DNA of 54,848 nucleotides from a virus (Duplodnaviria; Caudoviricetes): IMG/VR virus record IMGVR_UViG_3300031603_000004, positions 1 to 54,848 of that record; one strand, 5' to 3'. Shown piece by piece: positions 47,744 to 54,848 of this stretch (position 1 is its first letter; each line of letters starts with the position of its first letter). The notes under the pieces were generated by a model. It saw only the letters and a program-made list of their open reading frames with translations, ran no database searches and was not told where the DNA came from. The position numbers and the translations under genes were made by a program.

Positions 47744-47775
47744 AAAAAAAATCCCTTCCGTATTTTGGAAGGGAT
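47744..47775 (-). terminator. Attenuator terminator upstream of the large tRNA array
   Basis: ATCCCTTCC-AAAATAC-GGAAGGGAT followed by T7. Confidence 0.88.
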
Positions 47776-47801
47776 GCTATTATACTACTATTGTAATATA
47801 T

Positions 47802-47891
47802 TTAACGCATACCCATTCCTTTGGCTGTATAATCAAAGCCATTTACCGGAGTCGTATTCATAATATGTTCTGGTCTAAAATTCTTCTTCAT
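47802..47891 (-). CDS. Leader peptide MKKNFRPEHIMNTTPVNGFDYTAKGMGMR (attenuator 2)
   Basis: 29-codon ORF with the same MKKN start as leader 1; its 3' end pairs with the 5' arm of the terminator. Confidence 0.8.
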   Translation of the reverse strand: MKKNFRPEHIMNTTPVNGFDYTAKGMGMR

Positions 47892-47926
47892 GTTATTATC
47901 TTAACACCTTACAAATAAAGTGTTAT

Positions 47927-48400
47927 TTACTCCTCTTCCTCTTCTTCATCTTCCTCTTCTTCATCGAACCATTCTCGTTCGTATTCTATATATGACTTTA
48001 GATCTTCATCTAAATTTTTAATTTCAAAATCAAATTTCATGAAAGGATATTCCGAATCTCCAAACTCATTATGAACACCACAGAAATCACAACCTGATTC
48101 ATAATACATTAACTTAATCTTTGCGTCCGGATGGTTTTCCATTAACCTTTGGACGATTGGATTTGGTGGTGACCATGCTGTAGTAAAATCCGCTGTAAAT
48201 CCTTCACCAGTTTCATAATCAAAAACTTCCCAATCGCTACAATCCCATTTAGTTCCCCATTCTTCTATTAGACGAGCTGCATCTTCAGGAGCTGGAATTA
48301 CTTTATTAAAAGTAAAAGTTCCATCTTCATAATATAATTTTTTAAACTCTTCAAAGGATAATCCTTCTACAAGTAATCTATTACTACACCAATTAGGCAT
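47927..48400 (-). CDS. DUF1281/YubB ferredoxin-like domain protein
   Basis: MPNWCSN, WGTKWD, FTTAWSPP, YESGCDFCG. Confidence 0.75.
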   Translation of the reverse strand: MPNWCSNRLLVEGLSFEEFKKLYYEDGTFTFNKVIPAPEDAARLIEEWGTKWDCSDWEVFDYETGEGFTADFTTAWSPPNPIVQRLMENHPDAKIKLMYYESGCDFCGVHNEFGDSEYPFMKFDFEIKNLDEDLKSYIEYEREWFDEEEEDEEEEEE

Positions 48401-48611
48401 CTTCATCCCCCAATATATCTTCTGCTAACCAAATAGCAATTTTTCTTTTGTTACCTTCTTGATCTATAACTATTGCTTTTTTCTTACTACATTTAGAACA
48501 TTCTTGAATAACTACTTTTGCTTTTTTCTCATGCCTTCCTCCAAAAATAGAGGTTTCTTCTTGAACTCCTATACCAAACTTAATATCTTTATATTTATGA
48601 AATATACACAT
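48393..48611 (-). CDS. Small Zn-ribbon hypothetical protein
   Basis: MCIFHKY...CSKC; first gene after promoter 48631-48659. Confidence 0.55.
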   Translation of the reverse strand: MCIFHKYKDIKFGIGVQEETSIFGGRHEKKAKVVIQECSKCSKKKAIVIDQEGNKRKIAIWLAEDILGDEDA

Positions 48612-48659
48612 TTCGTTTCCCCCTATATATATTATACAATATTATTCTTTTTTTGTCAA

Positions 48660-50214
48660 TTATTCTGAACTTTTATAATTATATATAGGTTTAATATGCA
48701 ATAAAATATCGACAGTTGGTTCTAAATATTTAATTATTTCATCTGCATTTTTATAAGCCATAGGTGCTTCATCTAATGTTGATTCATTGATACAAGAAGA
48801 CCATACTCCAGCATCATCCATTCTTTTTTGATAATCTTCAAGTTTAATATTCTCTTTAGCTTTTCTTCTGCTCATTGTTCTTCCTGCTCCATGAGGCGCA
48901 GAATAATTAAAATCCTCATTTCCTTTTCCAACACCGAGTAAAGTTCCATCAGCCATATTCAAAGGAATAATTACTTGTTCTCCATCATAAGCAGAAATTG
49001 CTCCTTTCCTAACTATATTATCACTAATATAATTATGCACAGATTCAACAGTATAACCATTAGCTAACAATTCAGTATTTTTTAAGATAGAATATAAAAT
49101 CACTTGTCTATTTAGTTTTGCATAATACTGAGCAACTGTCATATCTTTCATATATTGTTTCTTTTCTTTACCTACTAAATATTCCATTCCAGTTGTTGCT
49201 ATTTTCTTTTTGTTTTCTTTTGCTTTCTTTAATTTTTTTATATTTAACTCTATATTTTTCCCTTTATATTTTGTTTTGATTTCAGCTAATCTTTTATTGT
49301 ATTCATCGTCAGTCATTTTTGTTTTATCTTCTTCAGCAATTGCTTGATGATACAATGCAATTTTTAACCCAAAATTTCTTGACCCAGAATGAACTACTAA
49401 ATAATTTCTTTCGTATTTATCCTGATTAACTTCGATATAGTGATTCAATTTAATTTGTTACTTTTTTCTCACTTCACGAGAAAAAGATTAAGCCATTTCT
49501 GCTTAATTCTTACCATTCATTTTTAGATTATACGATAAGTTCGGACTATCGCTTGTCAATTAAGATTCTATTCACTTAGTCTCTCAGGCTACCATTATGC
49601 TTGCCCCCTGTCTACCTTCTCAGGTTTTCCAAGTCAATTAGAATAGATTTCAGTCAATATTTATTTCCCGCTCGGCCTGGAAGCAATCATTTACCACCAC
49701 CGAGCGTCCCTATCGAATTAAAAACGTAATCATAATTTTGATATGTTCTTTCACAGATATCTTTTATTTGTGCTAAAAAATCTTCATAATTATCGCTTGT
49801 ACTAATTCTATGCATAGAAAATACATTTTCTATTTCATTTTCAGTTAAATCATTTGCTATAGACTTAGAGCGAGTATTTCTACCAGAAGGTATATCATGT
49901 CTTATCACTTTGTCAAGAGCATCAAAATCAATATCTTTATTTACTAAACCAATTCCTGCAACTCCGCAACCGATGTCAACTCCAATCATTCCAACATTTA
50001 CTTTATCATTCATTATCATAGTAGTTCCAATCGTAGAACCCATTCCTGCGTGTATGTCTGACATAAATCTAACATGTGCATCTTTAGAAATAACATGATT
50101 CATTACTCCATGTACCTGTTGTAAAGCTGATTCTTCAACATAGTCATTAAAAATTTTTGCTGTTCCATATTTTCCTGTTACTTCTATCATTTTTATTTTC
50201 CTTACATTATTCAT
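48660..50214 (-). CDS. rtcB: RtcB RNA ligase, two exons (50214/50190-49693 and 49445-48660)
   Basis: SDIHAG, GVDIGCG, GTLGGG|NHYIE, VHSGSR, VHNY, RKGA, SAPHGAGR, LDEAPMAYK. Confidence 0.93.
49446..49692 (-). mobile_element. Group I intron (247 nt, no ORF) in rtcB
   Basis: 5' exon ends in U, intron ends in G; IGS TGATT-GCTTCC gives P10 with AATCA and P1 with GGTGGT; P7 GAGACTA/TAGTCC; splicing restores GGGNH. Confidence 0.9.
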
Positions 50215-50229
50215 AGTTAGTTTGTCAGG

Positions 50230-50640
50230 TTAAACCTGATGTTTGTTCATAATTGAGTCTCTTCCATTCTTAAATGATGCAAACATAATATTTGTAGTCA
50301 TTGCTTCATCTTCCATTGCTTCATCATCCTGTATTTTTGCTTTATAAAAATTACCATCCCAGTATATAAGTTTAAAGTTTAAGTTACTAACATTTTCAAA
50401 CTCTTCTCTTATTCCGCCTTTTTTTATTTTTACAAACATAGGCGGCCAATCGTATTTTGTTACCCCAATGATTTGTAGCATAGTCATTCCAATAAATAGT
50501 CCTTGAAAGAAGAATGAAATATTTTTATCTTGAATAGCTAAAACTACTGATAATGCTCCAATGGATGTAACAACTATTAGAAACGCAATTATTTTAAACA
50601 TTGATGCTTTATTAAATTCATATATTGGTTTTTCTTTCAT
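50230..50640 (-). CDS. Membrane protein
   Basis: Two hydrophobic segments. Confidence 0.55.
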   Translation of the reverse strand: MKEKPIYEFNKASMFKIIAFLIVVTSIGALSVVLAIQDKNISFFFQGLFIGMTMLQIIGVTKYDWPPMFVKIKKGGIREEFENVSNLNFKLIYWDGNFYKAKIQDDEAMEDEAMTTNIMFASFKNGRDSIMNKHQV

Positions 50641-51143
50641 TTATTTATCCTTATTTCCAAAGTATTTAATACATTTACAACTTTAACAAAGTAGTTCCAA
50701 CTTCTATCCGGATCATATGCTAAAGCGTGCAATCCAGTATTATATGCTCTAACTGCTAAATCCCAAGTTCTTGTTTGCTTATATAAATGCTTCAAGTATA
50801 TTATTCCCATCTCAATATTATCATGAGGGTCATTAGCATTGAAATTCTGTTCATCATACCAAAGAGCTTCTTCAAACCACTCAATGAAATTAGAATTCAA
50901 TTGGAAGATACCTATATCTATAGATCCATTCTTGTTTGGATCTGAATTAACCATTTCAAAGTTTGATTCCACTATTGCAACTGCTAATGCAATTTCCATA
51001 GGAACATTGTGAATAGCACATCTATCTTGTAACCAAGTTAAATAAGGGCTATCAATAGTTTCTGCTTTCAAAACTCCAATAGCTGCAAACAATAAAAATC
51101 CTGTAACTAATAAAAAAAATAAGCCTTTCTTCCATTCGTTCAT
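50637..51143 (-). CDS. Lytic transglycosylase (SLT domain) with signal anchor
   Basis: AIVESNF, DIGIFQLN, NIEMGIIYL, AYNTG. Confidence 0.9.
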   Translation of the reverse strand: MNEWKKGLFFLLVTGFLLFAAIGVLKAETIDSPYLTWLQDRCAIHNVPMEIALAVAIVESNFEMVNSDPNKNGSIDIGIFQLNSNFIEWFEEALWYDEQNFNANDPHDNIEMGIIYLKHLYKQTRTWDLAVRAYNTGLHALAYDPDRSWNYFVKVVNVLNTLEIRINK

Positions 51144-51563
51144 TTTAACCCCTTAAAATAGTTTGGCATTTTATCGTTAATGCCAACGGAAAAGATTAGT
51201 GATTGGTGACTTTTCAAACCCTTATAAATGAAATTGCTTTTTCTTGTATTTTACCACATATAGTGCATTTTGTTTCTTTGACTTTCATTACATGCCAATC
51301 ACTAACACCTTTAAAATATTCTTTTCCAGTAGGTTGAAAGTTATGATCGTGTATTCCAAATTTATTTTTAAACCATTCGAACATTTAATTATCCTTAAAA
51401 AAAATCATTGAGGATTCAACATCAGGCTGATATCCTGCTTCCCATGCTTCTTGAACTTTCTTTTTTATATCCCACAAAAAATTTTCAAGATCATCTTCAT
51501 CAAACAACGTATAGCTATTATTCCATTTTTCCATTTAATAACCCCTTACAATATTATACAATA

Positions 51564-52250
51564 TTATTCTTTTTTTGTCAAGATTCCTTCAAGAGCAACT
51601 AAAGCATCTGCTCTATCTTCAAACTCATCTTCTAATTGCCTATCCATCATTTCATCAATAATTACTTTGAACTGCGAACTTGGTTTCATTCCCAAAGCGA
51701 TTAAGTCATAACCAGTAATTAAAGGATCTGGAAGAACTGGCTTTTTCTCTTCTTTACCATATCTTTCAATTGCTTCATAAGCAAATTTAACAGAACTTAA
51801 ATCATAAGGTCCAAATCCACTACCTATAATATCTGCTATCTCTAATTTAATGAGTGCTTCAAAATGCTCTAAACTAATAAACCTTCTTAGAGTAGATTTC
51901 TTCATCTTACTTATTTCTTTGAACTTCATGTGGTTTTCAATTAGTTCAGTTACAAACTCAGTATCTTCATTGCTCATCTTTAATCTTTCAGCAATTGCCT
52001 GAAACATAAATGCACCAACTTTATCATGACCATGATTGTTTATGTCGCCTCTATCATTCAGTCCTTTAGTAGATGGTTTTCCTATGTCGTGAAATAATGC
52101 TGCTAATTTCAGTCTGTAGTCATTACTTACAATATTACTCAATACTCTTAAAGAATGAATAAAAACATCGCCATGATTAAATTTATATTTAGCTTCATCA
52201 CTATGTTCTGGATTATTTGGGTCGTATGGTATTTTAGGGCCTAATCTCAT
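51564..52250 (-). CDS. CCA-adding enzyme C-terminal half (HD domain)
   Basis: GDVFIHSL, LFHDIGKP, HM, PLITGYDLIALGMKP. Confidence 0.85.
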   Translation of the reverse strand: MRLGPKIPYDPNNPEHSDEAKYKFNHGDVFIHSLRVLSNIVSNDYRLKLAALFHDIGKPSTKGLNDRGDINNHGHDKVGAFMFQAIAERLKMSNEDTEFVTELIENHMKFKEISKMKKSTLRRFISLEHFEALIKLEIADIIGSGFGPYDLSSVKFAYEAIERYGKEEKKPVLPDPLITGYDLIALGMKPSSQFKVIIDEMMDRQLEDEFEDRADALVALEGILTKKE

Positions 52251-52291
52251 TCCTTACTCCTTTAAGTAATCACCTTTACAGAAGGTAATGT

Positions 52292-53050
52292 TTAGTCGTA
52301 TATAATTTTTTGGACTGTTGCCCCTTCTGGATGCCATTTTCTATTTTGTTCACAGCCAATTAAGCTATGAATCTCTGGAAGAATAAACTTTAATAGATTA
52401 AGTTTCTTTAACTGGTTTATGTATTCAGCAGGATCATCTAAACTCAATCCTTTCTTTAATTCTTCAAAAATCCTTTCTCCGGATAAAGCTTCCAGTTTAC
52501 TTCCGCTTTCCATTAAAGCTACTTCAGTTAATAGATCAATCTGAAATCCAAATCTTACTTTAAACCTAACAGCTCTTAATATTCTTAAAACATCTTCATT
52601 TATTCTGTCTCTTGGATTTCCTACGAAATCAATAATTCCTAAACTAATATCACATTTTCCTTTAACAAAATCATGAATTTCTTCACTGATTGGATCGAAA
52701 AATAATGCGTTAATAGTTAAATCCCTTCTTAATGCATCATCTTTCATGCTAGAACAGAATTTGATTGTATCAGGTCTTCGACCATCAGTATAATTATTTT
52801 CTTGACGAAAAGTTGCAACTTCTATTCCATTTACAATAGAAACACCAAAACTTTCTCCTACAAATTTTGAGTTATTAAATAACTTTTTTATTTGAATTGG
52901 AGCAGCATTTGTAGCAACATCATAATCATTAGGTTCAATACCTAAGATCATATCACGAACTGCTCCTCCTGCAAATACAGCTTCAAATCCAGCATCTTGC
53001 AATCTCTTACAGATATTAGTTGCTATTCTTTTATTAGTCATTTCCCCCAT
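52292..53050 (-). CDS. cca: CCA-adding enzyme N-terminal half (class II nucleotidyltransferase)
   Basis: AGGAVRD, DYDVAT, EVATFR, RRDLTINA, EDVLRILRAVRF, ends Q..WHPEG. Confidence 0.88.
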   Translation of the reverse strand: MGEMTNKRIATNICKRLQDAGFEAVFAGGAVRDMILGIEPNDYDVATNAAPIQIKKLFNNSKFVGESFGVSIVNGIEVATFRQENNYTDGRRPDTIKFCSSMKDDALRRDLTINALFFDPISEEIHDFVKGKCDISLGIIDFVGNPRDRINEDVLRILRAVRFKVRFGFQIDLLTEVALMESGSKLEALSGERIFEELKKGLSLDDPAEYINQLKKLNLLKFILPEIHSLIGCEQNRKWHPEGATVQKIIYD

Positions 53051-53059
53051 ATTTTCCCC

Positions 53060-53335
53060 TTAATCATTATGACTACATAAACAATTATAATAACTCATTT
53101 TACATATTTTACACTCTGGAATATAAGCATTATTTTCATCACAAGTTTTAAAATAATGTGAATAAAACTTTTTATCGTTTCCAGTAAAGACAGGAATAAA
53201 TTCTCTAATAGACAATCTTTCTTCTGTGTATGTATTACAAATATGTTTGGGAAAGCGTTTTAGTCCATATTCTCCATTTTCTTGTAAGGAAAACACTTCT
53301 CCATCTGTTATTCTAATAAATGCTATTGTTCTCAT
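53060..53335 (-). CDS. Hypothetical protein
   Basis: First gene after promoter. Confidence 0.55.
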   Translation of the reverse strand: MRTIAFIRITDGEVFSLQENGEYGLKRFPKHICNTYTEERLSIREFIPVFTGNDKKFYSHYFKTCDENNAYIPECKICKMSYYNCLCSHND

Positions 53336-53553
53336 ATTTTTCCCCTTACATAATTATATCAAATTATTCTTTTTTTGTCAAGAATAATTTACCTATCAAT
53401 ACTTATCCATTTAATAAAATCTTTATTCATTTGAATCTCTCTGTAATATTGCCCATCCTTCTAAAGCTCCATTATAAAATGATCTCCAATCCCATTCTTT
53501 ATGCTCAAGTTCTTTGTATCTTTCTTTTAGTATTTCTATGTATTCTTTAAGTG

Positions 53554-53835
53554 TCATTCTTTACCTTCCTCTAGGGCTTCTTCGCAAGTCAAATCAATAT
53601 CCCAACAAAGGTATTCTTGCCAATCTGCCAATCTGCCATCTGTAAGTCTAATAATCCATGGACGTATTCTATTTAAAGCCTCTCTGAGTTTTTTGTTATC
53701 CGATTCTAATTTAACAACCCTACTTTCTAAGGCGAAAACCTCTTGATTATGTTGATGCCTGGCTTCATCGGATGTTCTGAATGTTTCAGGTGTTCTGCTT
53801 TCGTTAGCATCTACTATGTATTTTCTCCAACTCAT
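53554..53835 (-). CDS. Hypothetical protein
   Basis: ORF track. Confidence 0.55.
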   Translation of the reverse strand: MSWRKYIVDANESRTPETFRTSDEARHQHNQEVFALESRVVKLESDNKKLREALNRIRPWIIRLTDGRLADWQEYLCWDIDLTCEEALEEGKE

Positions 53836-54041
53836 TTTTTACCATCCTAATATCTTCCCTTTTTCTCTTAACCATTCTATTTTACAATCTTGAGCCATTC
53901 TATAAGGATGTCTGATTCCTTTTAATTTTCCATCCTCTTTTATTACCTTATATAAAGTAAATTCTTCTAATTCATTATGCCAGATTTCAACAATATCACC
54001 TATTTTTAATTTCATTCATTCCACCGCCAATCTTCCTCTGA

Positions 54042-54257
54042 TTATTTTGCTTTTGAAAATATACCCAATTCTGGTTTACCAACAATAGGATAATTATTAA
54101 AAATAGAAATTGGGATATACTCACTACATCCAATTACATTATCATTGCCTTTACCTTCTCCAAACTCAATGTATTCTGCTTTTGGACACGTAACAAAATC
54201 ATGTCGACAATAATTGCACAATGTATCTTTATTTGATATCGTCCCGATTACTCTCAT
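54042..54257 (-). CDS. Hypothetical Cys-rich protein
   Basis: LCNYC...CP...DNVIGC. Confidence 0.55.
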   Translation of the reverse strand: MRVIGTISNKDTLCNYCRHDFVTCPKAEYIEFGEGKGNDNVIGCSEYIPISIFNNYPIVGKPELGIFSKAK

Positions 54258-54715
54258 TCATTCCACCTCCAATCTTCCTCTGGAGCTGGTTGAGCTGTTT
54301 GAATAATGTAAATAATTAGTCTATCAGTTTTACACTTTCTATAAAAATCAGGTACAAAATTGGATACAGCTGTAAACCATACCCAAACTAAAGCATCATC
54401 TGGATAATCCTTTCCAGTTATTCGTTTATAATCTTCAGGTGTGTAATAGATTTGTATTATGCCATCTATGCAATTGTCACAGATATTACCAGAACACATA
54501 GTATGATCACCACATTCAGATTTATCTATTTCACAATCATGGCATGAATCAATATATTCACGACCACCACCACCACACTCAGGACAAACCTTTTCAGTTG
54601 GTAGGAGGTTTGCTGATTTATAACCAGCTTCAAAACAATTATACATTCTAATTTCTTCTTCTTTGTCATTAAACCCATAGTAATGTTTATTAAACTCTTC
54701 TTGTATCTTATTCAT
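54254..54715 (-). CDS. Hypothetical Zn-finger protein
   Basis: CPECGG...CDNCIDG. Confidence 0.55.
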   Translation of the reverse strand: MNKIQEEFNKHYYGFNDKEEEIRMYNCFEAGYKSANLLPTEKVCPECGGGGREYIDSCHDCEIDKSECGDHTMCSGNICDNCIDGIIQIYYTPEDYKRITGKDYPDDALVWVWFTAVSNFVPDFYRKCKTDRLIIYIIQTAQPAPEEDWRWNE

Positions 54716-54717
54716 TA

Positions 54718-54848
54718 TTATACCTCCGGCTGAATATACTGACGTTTTATTTCAAGATGTTCAGGAACTATTGAACATAATCTGTCACCATCTCGGTGAC
54801 GTAATTTACCAACAACACGTATTTGCATACCGACAAAAACAGGTTGAA
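54718..54848 (-). CDS. C-terminus of an SSB-like OB-fold protein (partial)
   Basis: ..GMQIRVVGKLR...SIVPEHLEIK resembles SSB beta strands. Confidence 0.35.
   Translation of the reverse strand, partial: QPVFVGMQIRVVGKLRHRDGDRLCSIVPEHLEIKRQYIQPEV

Noticed and set aside
51195-51306. Inverted repeat TTAGTGATTGG/CCAATCACTAA as a mobile element
   Set aside because: Single copy, one arm inside a small ORF, no target duplication or transposase
1711-53550. Many short antisense or alternative-frame ORFs in the track (e.g. 1711, 4334, 6503, 8599, 24521, 35412, 41004, 45813, 47703)
   Set aside because: Shadow ORFs overlapping well-supported genes or RNAs on the other strand, with no SD or motifs
1-54848. 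Stop-codon reassignment or suppressor tRNA
   Set aside because: Genes are full length in code 11, TAG and TGA end real genes, and no CTA, TCA or TTA anticodon tRNA was found. The TAG at 23444 needs a frame change, not read-through.

Overview
AT-rich segment of a large myovirus-like (T4-superfamily/jumbo) phage using the standard genetic code. A + strand late block (7.2-16.9 kb) encodes neck gp13/gp14/gp15-like proteins and the tail sheath, interleaved with homing endonucleases. The rest is - strand genes driven by about 22 near-identical sigma70-type promoters. These include ThyX, an AAA ATPase, Dam, a deoxynucleoside kinase, Prs, Rnl2, RtcB (group I intron), a split CCA-adding enzyme, a radical SAM gene with a naturally split intein, and about 30 tRNA genes. 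Four things stand out. (1) Two unannotated 'MKKN' leader-peptide attenuators have codons that match the tRNA arrays they precede: Leu/Ser/Trp for the small array, and 15 amino acids that exactly match the large array. This looks like a tRNA-pool-sensing switch. (2) A DUF2828 (Ro60/TROVE-like) gene occurs with a nine-member family of Y-RNA-like ncRNAs, including a circularly permuted tRNA mimic. (3) There is a roughly 230-nt minimal RNase P RNA and a 106-nt tmRNA lacking its mRNA domain. (4) Several tRNAs have non-canonical compact folds. All structures were derived by eye and no database searches were run.
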